In this document: positions 1 to 12,693 of the stretch, piece after piece
Layout of the letters: each line of letters starts with the position of its first letter
How positions within the stretch are numbered: the first letter of the stretch is position 1
Assembly: GCF_006345805.1 (NCBI RefSeq)
Contig: NC_043010.1
Coordinates: 9,052,001 to 9,116,000, forward strand
Direction of reading: 5' to 3'
Source: Octopus sinensis
Taxonomy: Eukaryota
Length of the DNA stretch: 64,000 bases
Translations under genes and position numbers: made by a program
The notes under the pieces: model-generated
The model's input: only the letters and a program-made list of their open reading frames with translations
Told to the model about the DNA's origin: nothing
Database searches by the model: none

Positions 1-64
1 TCAATTATATTCACTGTAATTAAATTAAGTGTGACTACTTTTATCTATCAATTTATTCTATTGC

Positions 65-437
65 ATGTGTGTACATGTGTGTGTGTGTGTAGTGTATGTA
101 TGTAGTGTGTGTGTGTGTGTTTATATATGGGATTATTTGTGTGTAGGAAGTTGTGAATGTGCTTGTGTATATATAGGAATGTGTGTGTTTACATGTGAAA
201 TTGCTTGTGTGTTTACTTGTGTACGTATAGGTGTATGTGTGTGTTTATACGTGAACTTATCTGTGTGGTTGAGGTTGTGTGCATGCTTATGTATGTATGT
301 ATGTATGTGTATGTATGTATGTATGTGTATGTATGTTTGTGTATGTATGTATGTGTATGTATGTATGTATGTGTATGTATGTATGTATGTGTATGTATGT
401 ATGTGTATGTATGTGTATGTATGTATGTGTATGTATG

Positions 438-469
<32 letters not shown>

Positions 470-800
470 TGTATGTATATATGTATGTATAGGTGTATGT
501 GTATATGTGAGCTTGTTTATGTGTAGGAGGTTGTGTGTACATGTTGTAAGCATAGGTGTATGTGTTCATGTGAATTTCCTTGTGTGTATTAGGTTGTGTA
601 TAGATGTGTGTGCATACAGATGTGTGTGCATATGTGAGAGTATGTGTAATTTTTGTGTGTGTGAGATTGAGTGCATGTGTCTTTTTACGTGTGGCAGTAG
701 GCGGATGTGTATATGTATGTGTGTGTATAAATGTACTTGTTTGTGTGCATGACATTGCGTGTTTGTCTACATGTAGAGATATGTGTGTATGCGTATATGT
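65..800. repeat. Degenerate (TG)n/(TATG)n microsatellite field
   Basis: Continuous gtgt/gtat/tatg units; explains the Val/Cys/Met/Tyr-rich pseudo-ORFs. Confidence 0.95.
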
Positions 801-801
801 A

Positions 802-1031
802 GGCGGAGAGCTGGTAGAAACGTTAGCACGCCGGGCGAAATTCGTAGCAGTATTTCGTCTGTCATTACGTTCCGAGTTCAAATTCCGCCGAGGTCGACTT
901 TGCCTTTTATCCTTTCGGGGTCGATAAATTAAGTACCAGTTACGCACTGGGGTCGATATAATCGACTTAATCCCTTTGTCTGTCCTTGTTTGTCCACTCT
1001 GTGTTTAGCCCCTTGTGGGTAGTAAAGAAAT
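802..1031 (+). mobile_element. tRNA-derived SINE, family B (ggcggcgagctggcagaaacgttagc head)
   Basis: A-box-like gagctggtaga, B-box gagttcaaattcc, central ctttcatcctttcggggtcgataaattaagtacc; near-identical copy at 1371-1600 and many others. Confidence 0.9.
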
Positions 1032-1370
1032 ATATATGTATGCTAGTGTTTAAGAAGCTGTGTACATATGTATGTGTTTGTATATGTATGGGTGTATGTG
1101 TATATGTGTACTTGCTTGTGTGTGTGTATTATCTGTTTATGCATGAGGTTCTCTGTGCTTCTTTATGTGAAGGTGTATGAGTGAGTGCATATGTTTACAT
1201 GTAGATTTGTCTCTGTGTGCATATATATGCAGCTGTATGTGGCTGTGCATGTGTAAGTGTATGAGTGTTGCTACATTTATGTGTGTGTGCCTTTGTGTAT
1301 GCGTGCACAAGTGTGTACTTGTTTGTGTGTATGAGTGTATGTTTGTGTATATGTGGCTGTATGTGTACAA

Positions 1371-1600
1371 GGCGACGAGCTGGCAGAAACGTTAGCATGC
1401 TGGGCGAAATGCTTAGCGGTATTTCGTCTGCGCTACGTTGTGAGTTCAAATTCTGCCGAGGTCGACTTTGCCTTTCATTCTTTCGGGGTCGATAAATTAA
1501 GTACCAGTTACGCACTGGGGTCGATGTAATCGACTTAATCTCTTTGTCTGTCCTTGTTTGTCCCCTCTGTGTTTAGCCCCTTGTGGGTAATAAAGAAATA
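1371..1600 (+). mobile_element. SINE family B copy
   Basis: Aligns end to end with 802-1031. Confidence 0.9.
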
Positions 1601-2054
1601 TGTATGTGTACATATGAGCTTGTTTGAATGTATGAGGTTGTGTGTACATGTGTATGAGTGTGCATATATGTGTTCATATATGTGTTTGTTGATGTATGCA
1701 TGTGTGTGTTTGTGATAGTGTGTGTGTTTATATGTGAGTGCTTGTGTCTATGTGTTTGTGTGTATGCCTATGTGTGCGCACATACATCTGTGTGTGTGTG
1801 TGTTTGTTTCATTTGATTTGGTGGAGGTCGATAAGCAGCCAGCAGAGTGTATGTCAGTATGAGTGTGTATGTAGGTGTGTGTATGTAGGTATGTGTGGGT
1901 GCATGCGCGCGCGCGTGTGTGTGTGTGTGTGTGTTAGTATGTGTAGGTGGGTGTGTACATGTTTGCGTGCACATTTATACCTGTGTGTGCTTGTGTAATT
2001 TTAGCAGTGGAAGTCTGTTTTAGTTTCACACGTGTTTTAATATTTTCATGCATA

Positions 2055-2463
2055 CAGGAGTGGCTGTGTGGTAAGTAGCTTGCTAACCAACCACATGGTT
2101 CCGGGTTCAGTCCCACTGCGTGGCATCTTGGGCAAGTGACTTCTGCTATAGCCCCGGGCTGCCCAATGCCTTGTGAGTGGATTTATTAGACGGAAACTGA
2201 AAGAAGCCTGTCGTATATATGTATGTATATATATATATATAAGTGTGTGTGTATGTGTTTGTGTGTTTGTGTGTCTGTGTTTGTCCCCCTAGCATTGCTT
2301 GACAACCGATGCTGGTGTGTTTATGTCCCCGTTACTTAGCAAAACAGACCTATAGAATAAGTACTTACAAAGAATATGTCCCGGGGTCGATCTGCTCGAC
2401 TAAAGGCGGTGCTCCAGCATGGCAGCAGTCAAATGACTGAAACAAGTAAAAGAGTAAAAGAGT
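2055..2463 (+). mobile_element. tRNA-derived SINE, family A (caggagtggctgtgtggtaag head, gtaaaaga-repeat tail)
   Basis: A box tggctgtgtgg, B box ggttcagtccc, CORE-like cttgggcaagtg, internal (TA)/(TG) tract, (AAAGAGTA)n tail; >10 copies in window. Confidence 0.92.
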
Positions 2464-2732
2464 ATGTGTGTGTGTGTGTGTGTGTGTGACTGTGTATGCA
2501 CATATCAATATTTTGTCATGTGCATGTGCACACATGCATCAATATTTTGATGCGTGTGTATGTGTCTCTATATTTGAGAAGATTCTGGTTTAATATATGT
2601 GTGTGTGTGTGTGTTGTATGCATTTCTGCATGTTTCTATGCTTGTGCATACGTGTATTTATGCATGCGTGTGTGCAGTGATAAATGTGTATGTGTTGTGT
2701 TAGCCTGTGTATATGTGCATACTCTCTCTCAT

Positions 2733-2934
2733 TACTCTTTTACTTGTTTCAGTCATTTGACTGCGGCCATGCAGGAGCACCGCCTTTAGTCGAGCAAATC
2801 GACCCCGGGACTTCTCCTTTGTAAGCCCAGTACTTATTCTATCGGTCTCTTTTGCCGAACCGCTAAGTGACGGGGACGTAAACACACCAGCATCGGTTGT
2901 CAAGAAATGCTAGGGGAACAAACACACACACAAA

Positions 2935-2971
<37 letters not shown>

Positions 2972-3140
2972 CATATATACGACAGGCTTCTTTCAGTTTC
3001 CGTCTACCAAATCCACTCACAAGGCATTGGTCGGGCCGGGGCTATTGCAGAAGACACTTGCCCAAGATGCCATGCAGTGGGACTGAACCGGGAATCATGT
3101 GGTTGGTTAGCAAGCTACTTACCACACAGCCACTCCTGCG
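2733..3140 (-). mobile_element. SINE family A copy
   Basis: Reverse complement of 2055-2463. Confidence 0.92.
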
Positions 3141-3154
3141 TATGTATATATATT

Positions 3155-3185
<31 letters not shown>

Positions 3186-3861
3186 CCGTTGTGTTTACCT
3201 ATGAATGGGCTTGGCCACGTGTGCACAAGCAAATATGTATGCACGAACATGTCTGTATGTGTGTCAGCTCATTAAAGAAGACCGTTCTGGCATATGTACA
3301 AGTACGTGCGATCACACTAGTATCTTTATAAGTCTAAGAATTGTATTTTGATGTATACTTACATGAGAATATATGAGTGTGGGTGTGTGTGTGGGGGGGG
3401 GCAAGTGTGCCTTGTGCTTAAGTGTGTGCACATATATTGTGTAAATAAATGTATACGTAAAAATATGTGCATATATGCATGTTGTGCTGAACAATATTTG
3501 TATTTAATATTGTGTGTGTATGTTTGAATATGCGTGTGTAAATGTGTTTGGTATGAGAATAAATGTATGCTACATAAATGAATATGTTGAACTGTGTGCA
3601 TGTGTGAGTATGTACATTTTATGTATATATGTGTGGTGTGTGTATGTATTATTATATATATATATATTATATATAATATATATATATATATATATACATA
3701 TATATATACATATAAATGTATGTATATATATACATATGTACATATAAATGTATATATATATTATATATATATATATACGCATACATATATATCTATATAT
3801 ATATATTCATTCTTTTATATTTTTCAGCCTTGTAGCTGTGGCTATGCTGGGGCACTGACAT

Positions 3862-3919
<58 letters not shown>

Positions 3920-3945
3920 GAAAGAGAGAGAGAGAAATAGATAGG

Positions 3946-4008
<63 letters not shown>

Positions 4009-4335
4009 ATTGATAGATAGACAGATAGATAATGAATTTAACACTTTTTGTGTATATGTATGTGTACCAATGAATAAATATCCACCTTGCAAGTATGTTT
4101 TAAAATGAATAAAAGCATGTCCTCCGACATGCGTGTGTGCACATACATATAAATTTGTATATGTGCGTATTTGTATGTATATGTATATATGTATATGTGT
4201 GTATGTGTGTATGTATATGTATCGAATGTATTTTTGTGTGTATATGTGTGCATGTTAATCTGCGTGTAAATTGTGTTTCATTGAGTGTGAGTGTGTGTTT
4301 GTACTCTGTGAATTAGTGGAACATGAATCCTTTAA

Positions 4336-4552
4336 GGCGGCGAGCTGGCAGAAACGTTAGCACGCTGGGTGAAATGCTTAGTGGTATTTCATCTGTCTGC
4401 ATGTTCTGAGTTCAAATTCTGCCGAGGCTGACTTTGTCTTTCATCCTTTCTAGGTCGATAAAATAAATACCAGTTGCATATTGGGGGCCGATCTAATCGA
4501 CTGCCCCAACTCCTCAAAAATTTTAGGCCTTGTGCCTAGATTAGAAAGAAAT
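4336..4552 (+). mobile_element. SINE family B copy with TSD
   Basis: Family B head and core; atgaatccttt repeated at 4323-4333 and 4553-4563. Confidence 0.85.
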
Positions 4553-4845
4553 ATGAATCCTTTGATTATGAAAAAGGGCGTACATGCGTGTATATCTGTA
4601 TTTTGATTCACTAATGTGCATATAAGTCTAAGTGTATGTATGTGTGTTCTTATATGAATGAATAAGTGTGTTTATGTCTGTGCTTTGTGAAATTTGAATG
4701 TTAAGATCGTAAATGTGTATCTATGCATGTTGATTTATGACTATTTGTGTTTGTGAATTTTGTATGTGTGCGTCTGTGTGAGTGTGTGTATGATTGTGAA
4801 CTTCTGAATGTTGAGTGCTACATTTAGGAAAGTGTGCATATATTC

Positions 4846-4876
<31 letters not shown>

Positions 4877-5049
4877 CATGTGTCTGTGCGTGTGCATGTG
4901 TGTATGTATGCATATATTTCTGTATGTATGTGTCTGTCTATCTATTTATCTATCTATATATATAATGTTTTTATATATATTTATATATATATATATATAT
5001 ATAAAATAATATAATATATAATATACATATATTTATATTCTTTTATTCT

Positions 5050-5255
5050 TATACTTTTTTACTTGTTTCAGTTATTTTGACTGTGCCCATGCTAAAGCAC
5101 CACCTTTTAGTTGAAGAAATCGACCTCTGGACTTATTCTTTGTAAGCCTAGCACTATCAGCCTCTTTGCAAACTGCTAAGTTACGGAGACGTAAACACAC
5201 CAACATCGGTTGGCAAGCGATGTTGGGGTGACAAACACATACACAAACACACAAA
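5050..5255 (-). mobile_element. SINE family A 3' half
   Basis: tttttacttgtttcag...aaacacaccaacatcgg matches the family A tail. Confidence 0.8.
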
Positions 5256-5351
5256 TATATACATATATATATATATCTATATATATAATATATAATATAT
5301 ATATCATATAATATATATATATATATATATAATATATATATATAATATATA

Positions 5352-5390
<39 letters not shown>

Positions 5391-5399
5391 ATATTATAT

Positions 5400-5430
<31 letters not shown>

Positions 5431-5447
5431 ATATATATATATAAGCT

Positions 5448-6157
5448 TTGATACGACTCTTAATCTGCTCTTTTTTCTCTCTCTCTCTCTCCTCCCTTAT
5501 TCCACTCCCTTTCTTTCCCTCTCCATCCGTCCCCCCCCCTTTCTACGTTTCTCTATCTCTCTCACCTCCAGCCCCTCGATCTGTCTCTTTCTTCTCCTCC
5601 CTCGTCCACCTTCTCTCCCTTTTCATCTGTCCTTTCTCCTGTCTTTTGTTCTCACGTGACAGCTAGCCGTTGTTGAGCGCTCTTTTCGTTTTCAGCAGCC
5701 TCAGAAGCAACACGTATTTGTTCGTCTCCCCGGGCCTTTAGGCACAACTTCACAAGCCAGCCCCATTCTCAAATCGTCCTGTCGAAAGACCCTTGTCCTA
5801 CGTCCTGGTTTTGTTTTGTTGTTTATTTTTTATTTTTACCGTTATTGTTTTTACGTTTTTGTATTCTTATTGTGTCACGTATTCTGTATTTTTGTTTGTG
5901 TACTTCGATCTGTTTTCCGTCCTTTCGTTGTATACATTCGAGCTTTCTTCAGGGGATCTAATGCGCTTGGCTTAGATTTCCCTTGGCGGGCTGGCCATAT
6001 CGGAGCAATCTCAAGATTAATCAGCCGAAATTGCTAAGATGATCTGGTTCTTGACTGATGACTGAGGGCTTCGAATGTCCCGTCCTGTGGTTCTTGTGTC
6101 GTCTCTGTGGTGTTTCATGTTCTTGTCCATGTCTGTAATTAATGTTACTGTTTACCT
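5448..6157 (+). mobile_element. Unclassified (TA)n-flanked repeat, possibly a PLE pseudo-LTR
   Basis: GC-richer block bounded by (TA)n on both sides, with a pyrimidine tract and a ctgatga motif; classification is inference. Confidence 0.35.
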
Positions 6158-6177
6158 ATATATATATATATATATAT

Positions 6178-6396
6178 ATATAAAAGGGCTTAGTAAAATA
6201 AATTACTTTGCCGCATACTGAACTCATTAGAAATAGCAGCTAAAAAACTTTTTTTGTGAGTTGAATTAAGCAAACACTATATATGAGAGAGATTTTCTTT
6301 AAGTATTAGAAATAGCTTTTAAAAAAGTTTTTTAGCTGCTTTCTAATGAGTTCAGTATGCGGCAAAGTAATTTATTTTACTAAGCCCTTTTATATA
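6178..6396. repeat. ~75-bp inverted repeat (fold-back/MITE-like)
   Basis: taaaagggcttagtaaaataaattactttgccgcatactgaactcattagaaa is mirrored at 6321-6396 with a 2-nt indel. Confidence 0.9.
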
Positions 6397-6606
6397 ATGT
6401 AATAATTTGAATTCGCCTTGATGGTCCCTTTGCATACTGAACACTTGGTGAAATTGATTAATAATTAATTAATTTTGCCCTCAATTGTTGAAATTATATA
6501 TATATATATATATAATATATTATATATATATATATAATATATATATCATACATATATATAATATATATTATATATATATATCATATATTATATATATATA
6601 TACTAC

Positions 6607-6662
<56 letters not shown>

Positions 6663-6907
6663 ATATATATCTACATATATATAATATATATATAACATAT
6701 ATATATAATATGATATATATATATATATGTATGTATATATGCATCTGTGTGTGTGTGAGTGCATTCTTGTGTATGACTGTTTTGTATATAACTTTGTAAT
6801 TTTGAATAATTGTATTCCAATGTGCACATATGTTTTGGCATACGTCTAAGTATGTGTATGTATGTGTTGTTTTCCTTCTGTTAGTGAGTGTGTGTGTGTG
6901 TGTGTAT

Positions 6908-7077
6908 GTTAGGAAGGGCATTGGCGTTAGGAAGGGCATCCAGCTGTAGAAACATTGCCAGATTAGACTGGAGCCTGGTGCAGCCTTCTGGCTTCCCAGA
7001 ACCCCGGTCGAACCGTCCAACGCATGCTAGCATGGAGAACGGACGTTAAACGATGATGATGATGATGATGATGATGA
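6908..7077 (+). mobile_element. RTE LINE 3' end (family C), (GAT)n tail
   Basis: ggcgttaggaagggcatccagctgtagaaac...ggacgttaaac(gat)n; same tail as the ORF-bearing copy at 24912-25748. Confidence 0.85.
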
Positions 7078-7475
7078 TATATATATACTTGAATGTGGCT
7101 GAGTGTGTATATGCTTGTTTCTCATTGTGTGTGTGTGTGTGGTGCATGCATATGTATGTATGTGTGTTTGAGTGTAGTCATATGTCTTCGTATTTCTGAG
7201 TAATTGTACATGTGTGTGTTTTTACTATTTGTGATAATTGTATTTGTATGTGAGTGCCTCTGCGTGAATGTGTGTGTGCGTGTATGTGTGTATGTGAGTG
7301 TCTGTAATTTTCTGTCTTTGAATAATTGCATGTGGGAGTATTTTTCCATGTGTATGTCCTTTTATGTGAACATACAGACTTTTAGATTCGTAGACGAGTG
7401 AAAGAAAGTTGATATATATTGACTTGGTGCTTAATTTCCTTGAAAGATGCCACTCTTGTGACTTTTTATTTTCAG

Positions 7476-7594
7476 TCTTCCAATTACATGCTCTCCGTTG
7501 CTTTCAAACCATTCTCCATCAACTTAATGACCAGAGAGATGGCAGAAGGTCAGCAGAAAATTCTATACTGCAAACGTCTTACAACAACAAGTAG
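7476..7594 (+). CDS. Candidate host exon of unknown product (frame and 3' boundary uncertain)
   Basis: Strong acceptor actttttattttcag|; non-repetitive balanced composition; two frames stay open >100 nt (e.g. FQLHALRCFQTILHQLNDQRDGRR); no homology recognised. Confidence 0.3.
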
Positions 7595-7708
7595 CAATTT
7601 CTCTCTAGTTTCACTTGATTGACAATATTGGTAATGCACATAAACACTGCTATTTCTTTCTGCAATTGGAAAAATCTTCGGCTAGGAACAGAAATTTAAT
7701 GCCAGTAG

Positions 7709-7985
7709 TGGACAATGCTCTGACTTCTTCTGTAACTATGACTTTTCTACCAAAATACCAGTTCATATCAGAGAGCGAACAAACAAAAACGAAAACCAAA
7801 AAAATAAAAAATAAAAGTTTGAAAAAACAAAATTTGTAAAGTTTATCGTTTCTAATCACCTTCCTAGAAGGTGAAAAAAAATAATTAAAAAGTAATTTGG
7901 AAAAAATAAATAAAATATACATTATTTCATTACTACAGAATAATTTAGATTTCATCAAGAATCGAAGAATCCATCTCGATAGATT
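7709..7985 (+). repeat. Left arm of long inverted duplication
   Basis: Reverse-complement match to 9428-9500 plus 9735-9919. Confidence 0.9.
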
Positions 7986-8574
7986 AAAGATTTAGTGAAA
8001 AATTAGCAGCTGAGAAATCTAAAGTGATGAGTGAGGAGTAAAAAAAATTACCTCTCATTATAAATGCATGAATGTTCATTTTTGATTAGATATCAGTGAA
8101 ATTAAAGGACGAAATCATGCATGAATGTTCGTGGCTATCAATTTATTAGTGGCAGTATTAGATGTATGTATGTCCTTGAATGTCTGTTTTATTTATTATT
8201 TATTCATTTATTTATTTATTTATTTATTGCACAGTATGACTCGGTTCGCTTTAAAGGAAGAGGGCCTTCGTTTTTTTGCTTTCTAACCAATGAGGTATAA
8301 TGATAGCACTGTTTGAAGTATGATTTCAGAAAGAAATGAAACACACGAGGGACAAATATGGTGGCAGGGAAAGGAGGAGAAATGAAAACGGACAAGATAA
8401 GGGGTATCTCACAAAAACAAATAAAATAAACTTTGAAGGAAAATTTCACTTTTTTTTCCCTATTTGTAACATTTTAGAAATATTTCTAAAGAATCTATTT
8501 CTTTAATTTTTACTGGCTTTAGTGAGTGGAATGGCCAGACTTGAATACTGCTTTCAAGAGATTTTAATTGAATG

Positions 8575-8970
8575 TAGGCATGGCTGTTTAGATAAGATGC
8601 TCACTGTGCAGCTACATAGTTTCAGGTTCAATCCTACTGCATGGCACTTAAAAAGCTCCAGATTGACTAATGCATTGCATATGAACTTGGTTGTTGGAAA
8701 CTGTATGAAAGCCTGACATATATGAGAATGCGTGTATGAGAGGGAAGGTGTTTAAATGTGTATGTGTATCTTTGTGCTTCTATTTTCCCCACCTACTTGA
8801 CAACTGGTGATGGTTTGTTTATGTCCTGTAATTTTGTAGTTTGGTTACAAAGTCCAATAAAATAAGTATCAGACTTTAAAAATAAGTACTGTGATTGATT
8901 AGTTCAACTAAACTCTTCACGCTGGTGTCCTGGCATAGCTGCAGTCCAATGAGTGAAACAAGGAATAAAT
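8575..8970 (+). mobile_element. Old diverged SINE, family A-like
   Basis: gtaggcatggctg head, ggttcaatcc B box, aataagta...gactttaaa...gcagtccaatgagtgaaaca tail. Confidence 0.7.
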
Positions 8971-9427
8971 AAATGTAAAAGTTATCAACCCTTGTACTGT
9001 GTCTCAAACTAATTTCCTCAGTCCTGTAAGATATGAAATGCTACGTGGACATTGGCATAAAATGAATTGGCTTTGGTAGAATTAGAGGCTTTGGTAGGAT
9101 GCCTTATAGTGCCTTTCTGAGGATCTGTGCTCTGAGTTCAAAATTTGCTAAAGTAAATCCTTTTTTGTCATTCATCCTCTCAGAGTGAAAGGCAGTGAGC
9201 TGGCAGAGTCATTACTGCACTGGACAAAATGCTTAGTGGTATTTCTTCTAGTTTACATTTACATTCTGAGTTCAAATGCCACTGAGATCAACTTTGCTTT
9301 TCATTCTTTTGGGGTCAATAAAAAAAGTACCGGTTGAGAACACTTTTGGATGGGATGACTTAACTAACTTTCCCATTCCTGAAAATAGCTTCTCTTGTGC
9401 CAAAATAAAAAAGGGCCTTTCAGGGCC

Positions 9428-9919
9428 AATCTGTCAAGATGGATTCTTCGATTCTTGATGAAATCTAAATTATTCTGTAGTAATGAAATAATATATTCTG
9501 TGGTATTGAAATAAGGTGGTGAGGTGGCAGATATGTTAGCATGCTGGGTGAAATGCTTAGCAGTATTTCGTCTGTCTTTACATTCTGAGTTCAAATTCCA
9601 CTGAGGTCGACTTTGTCCTGAGGTCATTCTTTTGGGGTCAATAAATTACCAGCTGTATACTGGAGTCAATCTAATTGACTGGCCCCATCCCCCAAAATTT
9701 TGGGCCTTGTGCCTAGAGTAGGAAAGAATACTTATTTGATTTATTTTTTCCAAATTATTTTTTTAATTATTCATTTTTTTGGAAACAATAAGCTTTACAA
9801 ATTTTGTTTTTTCCTTTTGTTGTTTTTGGAGGTTTTTGTTTTTGCTTGTTCACTCTCTGACATGAACTGGTATTTTGGCAGAAAAGTCATAGTTACAGAA
9901 GAAGTCAGAGCATTGTCCA
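9428..9919 (-). repeat. Right arm of long inverted duplication, interrupted by a family B SINE (~9514-9730)
   Basis: gtcagagcattgtcca and gatggattcttcgattcttgatgaaatctaaattattctgtag are reverse complements of 7709-7985. Confidence 0.9.
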
Positions 9920-10470
9920 GATCAGTAGAGGAACTGTGTGGATGTTAGGCTATGACCATATGCTTTGTTGCATGTGCTGCAGAACTTTACTTTTGGAGTT
10001 CAAATCCTGTATTATACTTGAGTATTAGTTTTAATCCATCTCTCCTTTTAACACCACTATCTGTAACCTTGGGGACATTTAGTGAAGTTCATTCTGTTGC
10101 AAGAATTTGGAACAAGTCTCTGATATGAGGATGCCCCCCCCCCACTACAAGTCTAGGAGGCTCTGTAAAGAATCTTGGGCTCTGCCTTCCTTCCTTCCTG
10201 TGAAAAGTTTTAAAAGATACTATCATATATCAATATCACAGGGTATTTTTGTTAGAAAGTACCAGTATTTGTTCATTCCATATTGATACAAGCAACTTTA
10301 TCTATCTATCTGTCTTTTTTTTTACGCCCCCCCCCCTCGAAAAGAAAAACTCTACATTGTAATTGTCCCCTCTGTGTTAAGCCCTGTGTGGCCAATAAAG
10401 AAATTATCTATCTATCTATCAGTCTGTCTGTCTGCCTCTATTTCTCTCTCTCTCTTTCTTTCTCTATCAC

Positions 10471-10501
<31 letters not shown>

Positions 10502-12270
10502 CATCTATTTATTTATTTATCTATCTACCTATTTATCTATCATTCAATGATTAGCAACAATTTCTCCATCAAAGAGTTTAATAGAGTTTACATAAGCGTT
10601 TAAGTTCAATCACAGAGAGGGAGGAACATAAAATATCTTTTGGGCCCTTGCTTTTCAAAAGAGGAGAGAGAGGAAGTGGCATTGTAACTTTGGTTGTAAA
10701 CCAGTTTCTTCTCTGTTAGTTCTAAGTACACTTCTGCAAACATCAATTTTGTTGTAAAAAGAATGACTAGATAAAAATCTACTGGAATAAATTATACACA
10801 AGATGGAAATGAAGTAATTAGCACATTTCAATCCCAAAATAGAAAAAGAAGTAATATAAAAAGAGAATTTATGTAATATGTTTATATAATTTAAGCATTA
10901 ATTTTTGCTTATTGTTTAATTTGTTAATAACACAATTTATATTTGCATCTAATTTTGGTTTTCTTCTGTTTTATGCTTTTGGATGTGATGGTTACTTTTT
11001 TATCCCTGTGTGTGAGTGTGTGTGTGTTTGTGTGTGTGTGTTTGTGTGTGTGTGTGTATGTGAATGTGTGTGTGTGTGTTTGTGCGTGTTTGTATGTGTT
11101 TCTGTGTATGTGTGATTATCATTATTGTATCTTAGGGGGATTATTTTGTCACTAAAAGCACACACACACACACACACACACACTGGTTCCAGTTCATTAA
11201 TGATTGTGATGGTACTGATGATGATGATGATGATGATGATGATAGTGAACATTACCAGTGCTGCCACTGCTGCCATCATTGCCACTACCAACACCACCAT
11301 CACTACCACTACAATCATCATCACCATCACCACCACCACCACCACCACCACCACTGCCATTGTTCTGGTAATTCTATCAAGCTCAGCATCATCTTAAGTT
11401 ACAGGCATTGGGTAGTTATCTGCTCTGACTTGTTACTAATAAATAAAGATGTATTCCATTGTCCAGGGGTCTGTAATGCAGTTAATGAGGTCTTGATCAA
11501 GGTAATCTCCTGATCAAGTGAAATAAGTTTTCCAAGTGTTCAGCTTCTCAATCAAATGATGTATCTGCTCATTTGAATTAACTTAGCTGAATCCCACAGA
11601 TATGTCAACCATTAAGATAATCCTCAAGCAAAACCAAAGACCAAACTTCTGAACTGTATGTACAACACATCCAACGAAGTTCCTCACAGTTTCCATCAGC
11701 CTAAATTCACTCACATGGCTTGTATCAATTCAAAGCAATGGTAAAAGAAAAAAAATATTATACGGGGGTTGGGATTGAGCCCAGGACTTTCTGACAGCGA
11801 AATAAACTCTTTAACCATTCAGCCATGCTGTGTTCTGATCAACAGTCTTATGGTCAAAAGCATTCTAATGATAATCATTCTGTCTTTCAACAGATACACT
11901 GTATCTGGTAGTACATTGTCAAATATATTCCCAACTTATTTCTTCTTTTCTGTTTTTTTTCTCTGTCGATGATAAAGTGTGAATTGAAGGAGATTTAGCT
12001 GTTAGATCTAGCAATCACTAAACTAAGTAATGGCTCCCTCTTTGGCTAGTCTCATAATGGTTTCTAACACTGACACATTTTTGGGAAGATGTGAAGAGGA
12101 TTTAACCCTTTTGTTATCATATTACTGTAGAAATAAACTGTCATTGTTTCAATTAATTTTAAAATCAAATTAGGATTTATTAAAGTAACTTTGTAATTAT
12201 TATTTAAGCTTGTGTTTGGAACATAAATTAACAGAAAATTTTGGAATTTTAAAAATCTAGTTCAGATTAA

Positions 12271-12693
12271 CCCTTTAGCATTTAATCCGGCCATATCCGA
12301 CCAAAAGTATTCTACCTGTTTTATGTTCAAACTGGCCAGATCTGGTCTCTCACACCAACCCTACAATATCATTTTAAAAATAAACAGCTACCTCATCAAA
12401 ATCTCATAGCTACAAGATAATGCATGATTAGTTCAAAACAATGTGGATAAAAACGGATTAATTTTGGCAGAATAATCATCATCATCATCATCATCATCGT
12501 TTAACGTCCGTTCTCCATGCTGGCATGGGTTGGACGGTTCGGCCGGGGATCTGGGAAGCCAGAAGGCTGCACCAGGCTCCAGTCTTATCTGGCAGTGTTT
12601 CTACAGCTGGATGCCCTTCCTAACGCCAACCACTCCGTGAGTGTAGTGGGTGCTTTTTACGTGCCACCTGCATGTAATTCGAACACTAAAGGG
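12271..12693. mobile_element. Inner piggyBac-type MITE
   Basis: TTAA|ccctttag...ctaaaggg|tttaa. Confidence 0.75.
12477..12672 (-). mobile_element. RTE LINE 3' end (family C)
   Basis: (ATC)n followed by gtttaacgtccg...ggatgcccttcctaacgcc. Confidence 0.88.

Noticed and set aside
65-947. Cys/Val/Tyr- and His/Thr-rich ORFs
   Set aside because: (TG)n/(TATG)n read-through into a SINE
6050-6085. ctgatga...cgaat as a hammerhead core
   Set aside because: GAAA box absent and stem II/I pairing poor
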